A stretch of 64,000 nucleotides of DNA, from the NCBI GenBank assembly GCA_963665115.1, contig OY762007.1, forward strand, positions 3,424,001-3,488,000. Direction: 5' to 3'. A program made the position numbers and the translations under genes. Origin of the DNA: an uncultured Rivularia sp. (GTDB lineage Bacteria > Cyanobacteriota > Cyanobacteriia > Cyanobacteriales > Nostocaceae). The stretch's first letter is position 1. Every line of letters begins with the position of its first letter. Below the pieces are notes generated by a model that saw only the letters and a program-made list of their open reading frames with translations, ran no database searches and was not told the DNA's origin. Of the stretch, positions 20,511-31,500 are shown piece by piece.

Positions 20511-20721
20511 GGGCAACGCACTGGATGGGGGTTATGCCGCAGTGACCCATTATCAAATACCGTAGAAGAACGATTTGTCAGGTATTCGGACAGTGTAAAT
20601 AATTTAATTACCTTGGACGTTATGGAGTTTTTATCGTTTCCTCTGTTTCGTTGCCATCGAGGGGAGGCGCAACCCTCCGTCAGAGCGGTCTTAGATGGCG
20701 AACGTCCGATATAGGTTGCTC
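20511..20721 (+). ncRNA. Candidate structured ncRNA, copy 2
   Basis: Direct repeat of 20212-20422 at a period of 299 bp; ends GGGCAAC/GTTGCTC. Confidence 0.6.
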
Positions 20722-20802
20722 AAAAATTCACATAAATAATTACCACTTTTGCTGTTAACGTGCTTTGGATGATTTTATTATCCAAGGCGATTTTATTTTT
20801 TA

Positions 20803-20990
20803 TAGGGAGTTGGGAGTTGGGAGTAGGGAGTAGGAAGTAGGGAGTTGGAAGTTGGGAGTAGGGAGTAGGGAGTTGGAAGTAGGGAGTAAGAAGTAGGAAG
20901 TTGGAAGTAGGGAGTAGGGAGTAGGAAGTAGGAAGTTGGGAGTTGGAAGTTGGGAGTTGGAAGTTGGGAGTTGGAAGTTGGGAGTTGGGA
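20803..20990. repeat. STRR heptamer tract (GGGAGTW/GGAAGTW)n
   Basis: Tandem 7-mers. Confidence 0.9.
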
Positions 20991-21038
20991 ATAAAGAAGT
21001 ATTGTATTATAGATGTAATACGTATATTTTTATAATAA

Positions 21039-21654
21039 ATGCAGCGACAAATCTTAGCAGCTTACGACAGCGAAGGCATTTTTGTGTATCAAGCTTTTAA
21101 GCCTTGTATAGCCGAAGAAGCCTTACTTAAAGGAACTTTTCGTAAAGGTTTCAATTTGGAAAGAATGACATGGATAAAACCTTCATTTGGCTGGATGCTT
21201 TATCGTTCTGGTTATGCTACAAAACACAGACAAGAATCTATTTTGAAAATCAAGCTTACTCATGAAGGGTTTCAGCAAATTCTTAAACAAGCAATACCAA
21301 CATCATTTGATCGAGATATTTTTGAATCGGAAAGAGAATGGAAAAGAAGTTTGGATAATTCCGAGGTTCGCTATCAATGGGACCCCCGACAGAGATTTAT
21401 CGTTACGACGTTTAGAGCATCGTGCTTTGCAATTGGGTATTCGCGGTAGTGTGGTGCATAATTACGTAAATACCTGGATTTTAGAAATAGAAGAAGTAAC
21501 CGAATTAGCTCACCATATTCGAGATGCAGTAAATAATAAATTACAGAAAATACCAGATGTTCCGCAAGAAAAAGTTTATCAGGTAAATTCGGAGATTTGC
21601 CAAACTTTGGGAATAACTAATATTATTTCTGTTGACTCCCTTCCCGCTCTATAA
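21039..21654 (+). CDS. DUF4291-family protein; apparent +1 frameshift near 21385 is probably a sequencing error
   Basis: VYQAF...RMTWIKPSFGWMLYRSG...VRYQWDP|DRDL...RALQLGIRG; one extra C in GACCCCCGAC. Confidence 0.85.
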
Positions 21655-21966
21655 TTGCGTATCTCTCTTTTATTCTTCTGCGGTTTTTCTAATAGGTAAT
21701 TTTCTATAGGGAAGAAAGTAATTAGATTAACTGGATTAATTATATATACAGAAGAATTCAACATTTATCGAAATATAGCTAGCAATAATACGAGTGTTCT
21801 TTAAACAATTTTGATGAAAAAGTTTATTTGAATGCGGATGAATACTGAGGTAAAAAATTTAACTAAGCTTGTGGCAAATATTCTATTTATTTTAAACAGT
21901 CTTTTTATTCCTTTCAATGAAGAAAAATCTAGTTGTTAAAGCTTATACGAAGTATCAAATTATTCC

Positions 21967-21998
21967 TTGCACCAATAAAAAAGATGGATTATCACTGA
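21967..21998 (+). promoter_or_regulatory. Putative promoter conserved between the two PEP-CTERM genes
   Basis: TTGCAC-N17-TATCACTGA, also present at 23172-23203. Confidence 0.45.
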
Positions 21999-22050
21999 GT
22001 GGTTGAGAAATATTTTATACGTATTTCGTTTAAAAGAAGGAAATAGTTAG

Positions 22051-22630
22051 ATGAAAATATTGAATAAGTTAGCGATATTTACTGCTAGTGTTGCAGTAAG
22101 TATTAGCATGGTGCAAACAGAAGCAAAAGCCGCAAGCTTTAACCGAATTATCAATTTGGATGCGAAACAAGATACTACTAGTAATCCAATATCATTGGAT
22201 TTATCGGCAGGGGTTTATTCTGTTGATTACATCGGGATGAACGATGGTGGTATTTATGATGCTTGGAATGCTTGGGGAGACGGCGTTACTGAATTCTGTA
22301 ATCGGAATGGAGAAGGCTGTATAAAAGGGTGGATTAATAGCTATCGGATCTCTTTCGATGGTTTCACAAATATGTTTTCTGGCTCTAGTGTTTATGCAAC
22401 TGCTTCACAAGCAATGCAAAATGCTGTTGATACTTCTTTCACCCTTGCATCAGACACGAAAGTTAACTTTTTCATCGGGGGACAGCTATTACAAAGATAA
22501 TGTCGGGGGTGTATCTCTGAAACTATCCTCATCCTCGCAATCAATCCCCGAGCCTACTACTTACTTAGGTTTATTGGCTGTAGGTGGTATTGGAATATCT
22601 ACCCTCAAGCGTAAGAAGCAACCGATTTAA
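22051..22630 (+). CDS. PEP-CTERM secreted protein; apparent +1 frameshift near 22478
   Basis: Signal peptide ending EAKAA; C-terminal IPEPTTYLGLLAVGGIGISTLKRKK; paralog of 23255-23809. Confidence 0.85.
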
Positions 22631-23171
22631 TCTTTTCAAGATTTAACAGTTTATTTATAAATATCGCTGGTGCATCTACCATTTTTTATTCCTGCTGGTG
22701 CGGCAAGGTTATTTAAAGAAAAAACCTTACTAGACGCGGAGAGCGCAGAGGATAGAAGGGGAAGAGGGGCGAGTCGTTATTAAATTACGATTTTTAACGC
22801 GCTCTTTCCTAAAAGGGGGTAAAAGCAGTTTTTAATGGTGTTTTTACTGAATTAGATTTACTTTATTTCTGATGTCGATCGTAAATTAGAATATCTACAA
22901 AAATATTTCTCCGAAAATACTAATAATATTTCAACTTTTTAATCCTAATTTCACAAACAATCAGTACAAATACTAAAGAAAATCATTTAGCCTTTTATTA
23001 AATCCTCACAATAATTAAAAATATTGGAAATAGAGTTATCTTATTTCGGAATTCGCATTTTTAAATTTGTATTCTATTAACTTATACCATCTAGATATTG
23101 ATATTTTTTGCCTTGATTTAGCTTGATATATTCCAATAATGGTGAACTTTCAGCAAAAAGAAAATAAACTA

Positions 23172-23203
23172 TTGCACCTTGATAAAAAATGAATTATCAC
23201 TGA
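23172..23203 (+). promoter_or_regulatory. Putative promoter, second copy
   Basis: TTGCAC-N17-TATCACTGA at nearly the same distance from the ATG as at 21967. Confidence 0.45.
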
Positions 23204-23254
23204 TATAGAGAGGAAAAAAACTACTCTAAATATAATAGAAAAGGGAATAAAAAA

Positions 23255-23809
23255 ATGAAATTAGTTAATAAATTGGCAATGGTTGCTGCTGGTATCGCTG
23301 TTAGTTTTGGTGTTTTCCAAACAGAAGCAAAAGCCGCTACTTTTAATCAGATTGTTGATATAGATTCCACACAGAATTCTGCTAGCAATCCAATTTCCTT
23401 GATGTTATCAGCGGGAACCTATTCAGTTGACTACATTGGACAGAATGATGGTGGAGCTTATGATGGTTGGAATGCTTGGGGTGGAAGGGTTGATAGTAGA
23501 GTGGGTTGGATGAATAGATATGTTGTATCTTCCACAGATTTTAGCCAAGAATATACATCAGGAAGTCGCTACGGTACTGCTTTAACAGCGTTGCAAAATG
23601 CTTTAGATAGCACTTTCACGCTTACATCTGACACTTTAGTTAACTTCTCAGTTAGAGACAGTAACTATGCAGACAATGTTGGAGGTGTATCTTTAAGAGT
23701 AGCTTCAGTAGCTTCGCAAGCAGTTCCCGAACCCGCTTCGATGTTAGGTTTATTAGCTGTAGGTAGTATTGGTGTTTCCAGTCTAAAGCGTAAGAAAAAA
23801 GCAGTTTAA
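23255..23809 (+). CDS. PEP-CTERM secreted protein
   Basis: Signal peptide; VPEPASMLGLLAVGSIGVSSLKRKKK. Confidence 0.92.
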   Translation: MKLVNKLAMVAAGIAVSFGVFQTEAKAATFNQIVDIDSTQNSASNPISLMLSAGTYSVDYIGQNDGGAYDGWNAWGGRVDSRVGWMNRYVVSSTDFSQEYTSGSRYGTALTALQNALDSTFTLTSDTLVNFSVRDSNYADNVGGVSLRVASVASQAVPEPASMLGLLAVGSIGVSSLKRKKKAV

Positions 23810-23832
23810 ATCATTAATTTAACAAGCTAACA

Positions 23833-23891
23833 GGGTTCGTAGTCGGCGCTAAAGCGCTCGAATTTAGGACTAAAGTCCTGACTACGAACCC
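23833..23891. repeat. REP-like palindrome (GGTTCGTAG...CTACGAACC), possible bidirectional terminator
   Basis: Outer inverted repeat with two inner hairpins, between convergent genes. Relatives near 18256 and 39623. Confidence 0.65.
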
Positions 23892-23922
23892 TTCAAATCT
23901 ACAACTATTTAATCAAAACCTC

Positions 23923-24239
23923 TTATAAATTCTTTAAAGTAATTGCAGTTCCAACATTACTTTCTACTGCATGACAAATTTGTTTTTTACATATCCATAT
24001 TAGTACAGCTAATACTATTAAAGAAACTCCTACCAATCCGTAAGTTGCTGTCATCCCAAAGTTTTGTTTAACTGGTTGAGAAAGGATTGGAGGAAGAAAC
24101 TGACCTAAAAACATAAATGTGGTTAAACCTCCCAAAGTCATTCCTGGTAAAGCGTCCGGAACTTCATTTGCAGTCCAAACGTTTAAGTTGGGTGTCATTA
24201 AACCTAACCCAATTCCTGTTGGAATCAGCACCAATAGTA
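23923..24239 (-). pseudogene. C-terminal fragment of an MFS transporter, truncated at a MITE
   Basis: GIGLGLMTPNLNVW...GGLTTFMFLGQFL resembles the last MFS helices; the 5' part is replaced by the MITE. Confidence 0.7.
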
Positions 24240-24337
24240 AGCTGATGTGCAGCTAAGTTGCATTTAAAAAAAATTTGAATTATTGTAGTGCGGGCATCTT
24301 GCCCGCTAATACTATACAAATTAAGTGCGTAACGTTT
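24240..24337. mobile_element. Second copy of the ~99-bp TA-flanked MITE
   Basis: Highly similar to 778-876. Confidence 0.8.
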
Positions 24338-24347
24338 TAATAAAAAA

Positions 24348-25437
24348 TTAACTGGTAACTTCTTCTAAGAAAGGATAATCCGTATATCCCTGCTCGCTGC
24401 TACCGTAAAACGTTTTTGGATCGGGTTCATTCAACGGTGCGTTTAGCTTGAAGCGCTCTGGTAAATCTGGGTTTGCTATAAACAACCTTCCGAAGGAAAC
24501 AAGATCGGCATTACCATTATTTAGAGCAGCATTTGCTGTTTCCTGGGTATAGTTTCCATTGGTAATTAGCGTTCCTTGGTAGATAGGGCGAAACAAAGGA
24601 GTTACGGGATTAAGTACATCTCGATTCTTTAAATCAATTTCATTTGGTTCCATTAGATGCACGTAAGCTAAACCCTTTGAATTAAGTGCTTCAAGGACGT
24701 AACTAAAAGTCGCTTTGGGATTCGAGTCAAACATACCATAAAAGGTATTACTCGGTGAAAGCTTAATCCCAACTTGCTCTGCACCCCAAACGCTGCAAAC
24801 CGCTTCTACAACTTCTAGTAGAAATCGAGCGCGATTTTCAATTGAGCCACCATACTCGTCACTTCTTTGATTTGAACCGTCTTGCAAAAATTGGTCAATT
24901 AGATAGCCAAATGCACCATGCAGTTCAACACCATCGAATCCAGCCGCTTTAGCATTTTCAGCACCAGAGCGAAACTGCTCTATGATTTCAGCAATTTCTT
25001 GTTTTTCTAAAGCTCGGGGTGTTTCTATTACTACTTTACCTGCCGGAGTGTGAAGTTCACCTTTTGGCGCGATCGCACTAGGCGCAATAGGCTGCTTTCC
25101 ATCCAACAAAGATGAGTGTGAAATCCTGCCACAGTGCCACAATTGAAGAAAAACTTTTCCCCCTACATTATGAACTGCATCTGTTACTTGCTGCCATCCT
25201 TTAATTTGTTCTTGAGAGTAAATACCTGGACAGTTCATGTATCCGTTACTCATAGGAGAAACCATCGTGCATTCGGTAACGATTAAACCGGAGGATGCTC
25301 GTTGAACATAATAGGTTGCCATCAAGGATTGAGGAATGCTGTCAATTGCTCGTAATCGAGTCATGGGTGCCATCACCATTCGATTGGGAAGGTTTAAGGA
25401 AACCCATCTCAATAGGTGAGAAAAGATTGATGTTCAT
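24348..25437 (-). CDS. Old Yellow Enzyme / alkene reductase (NemA-like); true start 25437, apparent +1 frameshift near 25402
   Basis: MNINLFSPIEMG|SLNLPNRMVMAPMTR, GFDGVELHGAFGYLIDQF, TFY...GYTDYP. Confidence 0.9.
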
Positions 25438-25569
25438 AAATAGATTCTTTTTGATTCGTCGCTAACAGCATTAATAATTAAAGACTTTTTTCGAGTCACG
25501 GCTTTCCTTAATTAAACAAATTCTCCGCCAAATTATATTACCAATTCCCAATGCCCAATGCCCAATCCC

Positions 25570-28500
25570 CTAAAATCTCGCTTCATACTGTACTCGAAAT
25601 TCACCCGCTTCGTAATCGTAAACAAATCTTGCTGAAGAGTTTTCGTTAATATCTTTCAAACCCGTTACCGAAGGAAATACCTGCAATCTAGTTAACCCAA
25701 TTGATTTACCCAAAGAATTTACAGGTTTTTGAGCTTGATATAAAAATTCTTGAGTAAGTTCGGTTTCTAAAGGTGCAACTAAATAGTCCAATACTAAAGA
25801 TTCAAGCAATTCCGTTTCGTTTCCACTGGTAAGTTGCTGTTCGAGTTTTTGTAGCGCTGCAAAAGTACGGTTTCCTAGCAACGATAAAATTTCGCTGTTG
25901 CTACGAGTAGGGGTACTTGTTAATGCTACTGCGGGGTTGTCGAGTAAGTCTTTGGTTTGTATACTTACTTTACTATTTACGTTGATGCAGTTAGCAACAG
26001 TTCTTAATTTGTTCGCTGAATCAGTAGTTGGAGTTCCTAATTGGGACAATCGGACGTTTCTTTGATATGTTATGCAAGCATCCCCATCAGATGCATCTCT
26101 ACCTAAAGAAGCAAGTAATTCGTTTGCTTCACCTTCAACTAAAATTCTCACATCAATTTGTTCGGGGTTTACTGCTGCAACGATATCATCTCGTATTTCG
26201 TTATCATTTGCTTGCAAACGGTCAAAATTTGGTGCATCAACTACTGTAGTTTGTAACTCTACATCAAGCTGGGGATTTAGTAAACTGCGACTTGGTAAAA
26301 ACGTCACTACTTGTTTGCGATCGCGCGTAATGAAAAATGAGTTTTCGAGTAGAAATAAGCTTCCTCGTTTGAGTTCAATTTCTCCATTTCCGCGTAGATT
26401 ATTCAAACCACCGTTAACTGTAATATCTCCCGCCATGCGGAAGTTAACTCGCGGTAGACTTCGGCTAAATTTAAATCCTCTACCTAAAGTTACTTTGAAG
26501 TTGTTAAATGTGGGGTTTATGGGTGAATTATTTGGCTGTTGGGGTTGGTTTAATTGTTTAGATTGAGTTGCAACTTCTTGAGTTGATGCATTTTTTACTC
26601 TTGCTTCTAATTCTTCCTTCTTTTCTTCTTCCTCGCGTTTGGGAATCTCAACTTTTCCCCTTTGTAAAAGAATATCTCCACTAATTACAGGATTTAATAC
26701 AGTGCGGGAAACTGCGATATTAGAAGCGATTTGTCCGTTGTATAATCCTTTTAATTTTATTTTTTTAGGTTCTATTTCTTCAAAAATAATATCTTCCGAA
26801 TCTTCATTTCTAGAACCTAAAATAACTCTTAAAGGTTTATTTCCGTTGGGTTGAAATATAGGTAAATTGCCAGCAATTTTAAACGGAGCTTCAGCTAAAG
26901 TACCAGATATTCCTTCTACTTGAATAGTTTCTTGCTGTAAATTAGCATTACCGACAGCAGTTAATTTAATTTTGCTTTCTAACTGCTTGGTTTTAATTGT
27001 GGCATTTTGAATATTAATTGCAGTTGTAGCTACTAATTCATTCAAGGCTCCTCGAATTGTAGGAGCGTTGGGATCTAATTCACCGTTAATCGCGATCGCA
27101 ACTTCTCCATTTCCTTCAATCCATTGCAGTTGATTTTGCGTGAAAGCATCTAAAAGCTGAAAAGCTTCGTTATCAATTTTCGCTTGTACTGCTACAGTAT
27201 TAGTTCTATTTGGCTGGAGGGGATAAGCCACCGTTGCGTCAACTTTGACAACGGAATTAGGAGTTGTAACGAGTTTGCCAACAGAATCAACATAGTTGAA
27301 ATTTCCAGCTAATTCTCCCAAAGGTTTTTGATTGATGGTACCGTTTACCAAAGAAAATGCACCTTGAGGAATATCTGGTTTGAATCCGCTTCCACCGAGA
27401 TTTGCTTGTAAATTGAAGGCACCACCGATATCAACTGGTAAATCAACAAACCTTTCTGCTAATTTAACAGGAATATTTGCAACTTTTACCGTTCCTAAAG
27501 ATTTGAATCCATCTAATTCTAAAGTTCCATCAACAGCAATTTCCCCACCTTCGACATTAACTTTTGCTGGATCTAATTGAATTATGCCGTTGTTATAATT
27601 TCCACTAGCAACAACTTTACTAATATCTATAGCTTGATTTTCTTTGACAACTACACCTAGATTCCGATTATACGTTACATATTCTTCTTGAGGTCGCCAT
27701 TCCCATTTTTCACCTAATAGCTGAAAATTAACTTGGGGATTTGTAAGTTTTCCAGCAACGACAACTTCTGCATCGTATTCCCCTTTAATATCGAATTGTA
27801 TGTTAGTATTATCTTCTTGTTGTAAAGCAGCTTGCTGTTGAATTTTATTAATAACTTCTGCAAATAAGCGTAATTGCGCGAGGATGGGAGCTTCTGGTTT
27901 TCCTACGGGTTGAGTTGGTACGTCAGCAACACTGCCGTATTCTGGATTTAATATGCTGCTAACTCCACCCTGCAAATCTTCTAAATTAAATACGTTTACA
28001 GCAGCGAAAATATCTTGTACTCTGCCATCATTCGCTACTAATTTACCGTTGATATCTTGAGATTTTAAATTATAATTACCTTGCAAAGCATATTCAGTTT
28101 TACCGATTTGCAAAGTTGCAGCATCTATACGAGCAATTTCTCCATCATAAGAGAAATCAGCAGCAAATTCTTTGGCTTTGACAGCACCGATGGCTGGATT
28201 TTCTACGTTAATATTTCCAGCAGTTGCTAAGTTGAAAAGATTTACATCCAGATTTCCGGTTGCTTTACCATCTACGGTAGTACCAATAGTTTCTTCGACA
28301 ACGGGTACCAGATTTAATAAGGATAAAGAAGCGTTTTTCAAATCAATATCTAAAACATCACCTTGTCTTCTACCACTAAGAAGAATCGGATTTTGAGTAT
28401 TTACTCCTTGTCTTAGATCGAAAAAGCTGGGAAGATAAGGAGATAAGCAATCTTGTCTGGTACAAGGTTGTAAACTTGCGGCGATTCGATCTGTTTTACC

Positions 28501-31500
28501 CTGCAAATCTATTTCGATGCTGTTTCCTAAGTTTACGTCAACGGGACCTTGTAATAAAGGTTGAAAAGCAATTTTATCTAAAGCAAGATTTCTTAATGCT
28601 AAATTTCCTGCTAATCTAACGTTACCGGGAGCAAAAGGTGCTGAAATCAAGTTTCTGCCGATAAGTCTACCGGAAAAATCGGCTCTACCTTTAATTTTTG
28701 GGATGCCTTCTTCATCTAACTCTCGCGCTATAGATTTTAAAGGAATTTTAGATAAATTGGAATTTGCTTCAACGTTTAAATCTGTAGCAACATTCCAAGA
28801 GGATATACCATCGTCACCAGGTACAACAACAATTTGTCCTTTCGCGTTTAATTCTTGTTGCAGGGTGGTAACATAAGCTTGGTTAGCTTGAATTAAAATC
28901 GGATTTCCTTCTAAGGCAGGTTTAACTTCTCCGCTTAAGTTTAATTTAGCCGATAGTTGGGAAAGTTCGGGACAGCTAATATCGAAACTGCGACACAATA
29001 AAGGAGTGTTGACGTTATTTGCATTGATATTGCTCGCGATTCTACCATTATTTAAGTTGGCGATCGCTCTTACACTACCTTTGGCAACTGCAAGATTTGC
29101 ATTAACATCGGCATTGAGATTATCAAAGTTATTTGCTAAAAGACGATCTATCTTACCAGTGACATTTACTCTACTATTATTTACCGTCACGGGTAAAGGT
29201 GAATCAGGTAGAAGTTGATTTAACGAAATTCGATTTGCATTTACAACAGCTTGTAAATTATTCGTTGCTAAATTACCGTTGGCATTGAAATTAATATCCC
29301 CTCTACTGCCAGGTACAATTAATCTTCCATTAGCAGTAGCTTGGAAACTATTTAATTTATTTAGTTTTTCGATAGATTCAAATTCCAATAGCTGATTTAC
29401 TCTACCGGAAACGTTAACTCTGGTATTCGCTACCGTAACGGGTATTGGTAATTCCGGTAAAAACGGATTTGCGGCAATACTATTAGCGTTGACATTTGCT
29501 TGTAATATACCTCGATTCAAATTGCCGTCAACTAAAACCCTACCGTTATTAACAGCTAAATTTAAATTAGCGTTACCGTTTACCCTAGATAAGTCAAAAT
29601 TATTGATAATATCTAAATTCCCAGCTAATCTGACATTACCGCGTCGTAAGGTAACTGGCTGATTTAATTTATTTAACCGAAATTGCTTTTTCTGCTCTGC
29701 CGATAATAAACTAGTGACGGGAAAAGAATTTGCATTTGCAACTAAATTCCAATTCTTCGTAGCAAAATTCCCATTACCATTAAAATTAACCCTTCCCCTT
29801 CCCTTAACTTCCGGTAAAATCAAATTTCCGTTAACAGAAGCTCGGAAACTATTTAAACTATCAATTGATTGATAATTAATTAAATCATTCAATCTACCCG
29901 AAACATTAGCTGTGGTATTCGCAACCGTCACAACCAAAGGTAATTCCGGCACAATTTTATTTAAACCAATTCCCCTAACATTGGCATTCGCCGTCAAAAT
30001 ACCTCGATTTAAATTACCGTTGACGGCAACATTCCCCTGATTAACATTTAAATTGACATCCGCATTACCGCGAATACTTCCAGGATTGAAATTATTTAAA
30101 CTTCCCGCCAAATTTATATCAGCACGTCGTAAAAATATTCTACTTTGCTTAATCCTTTCCCCAACATTTTCAACTTTCGCTAAAAACGGATTTAAAGTCA
30201 AAGTATTCGCATTAACAGCAGCATTCCAATTATTCGTAGCTAAATTGGCTCTACCATCAATATTTACCCTACCTTCAGCAGTTTGTATCGTATTATTTGA
30301 AGTAACTCGATTACCAGCTAACCTAACATTACCACCACCAGAAACCCTGCCAACAATATTAGCTTCAGCTTGCGGTAACTTCCAAGATAAAACACCGTTC
30401 GGATTTGCTAACGTTCCTTCAACTTCACCTTCTGCCAATAATCTTCCAAATCTTACCATATCATCGGTAACGCCATAGGGAGCTACAACTGCTCCCGGAT
30501 TGGCAACTATTGCATCAAAAACTAAAGCTACTTTCGATTTACTAAAATCCTTAACTTCCGGTAAAGACTTCGGGAAAGAAACCTTACCCTTAGCGAGAAT
30601 ATCGCCACCAGTTGCAGGAGTAGCGCGAAATTCTTGTAAGAAAACTTGTTTAAAATTGCCCCCGAAAACAGCATTTACTTTACTGAATGCCGTCTTATCA
30701 ACAACTATCCCTCTGTTACTAAAAACATTCCCCAGTAAAATTGGATTTTCCGCATCTCCCTTAAGTAATAACTGAGCCTGTAAATTACCATCTATATTTA
30801 CCGGAGATTTTAAAGAAGTTGTTTTCAGCAGACTTCCAATACCGAAAGAATTCGTATTAACCTTTAAATCAAAACCTTCATCTAAATCAGCAACCCCAGA
30901 AACATCAGCAATCAAATTACCATAACTAGCTTTGGTTTCCCCAAAACTTACCTTTTGCCCATCAAAATTTAAATTAGCAGTAGCATTGACGGGAACTTTC
31001 AATTGTGGAGATTTTACCTGTAATTTCTGTAAATTACCAGTACCCTTAACTTGAGTTTCAGCGAATTTCGATAAACCCGGTAAATCAATTTCCAAATCGG
31101 CATTTAACAAACCGCTAGGAATAGTTACCGGAAGATTATCTTTGACATAATTACTCAAATCCGGTAAGGAAAGATTATCAATCCTGGCATTAATCTTGCT
31201 TTTATAATCAGTTAGCTGAGTAACGCCATCAATATCAACCTTCCCCTTAACAACTGGCGCATTAATACCATATTGCAACTGCCAAGACTTATTTTGACTG
31301 TAATTTAGATAGCCGTTAATATCCTCAACAGCAAAAGGATCTTTCAAAGCTTGGGGAAGCACAGCAACCTTTGCTCTGCGTAAATTTATTTTCGCATCAA
31401 TATCAAACGGAAGCTCCCCTTCATCGCTCGTATCTAAATTAAGCCTTACCCATTCCCCTTGCTTATCTTCTTCTACATAAACATCCGGCTCAATCAAATT

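Noticed and set aside
20212..20721. DGR template/variable repeat, hammerhead ribozyme or riboswitch
   Set aside because: No reverse transcriptase, neither copy lies in a credible gene, no CUGAnGA/GAAA core, and no riboswitch consensus that I can recognise.
26028..30775. Multiple + strand ORFs inside tamB, and similar antisense ORFs inside other genes
   Set aside because: Shadow ORFs opposite long, well-supported CDSs, with no motifs of their own.
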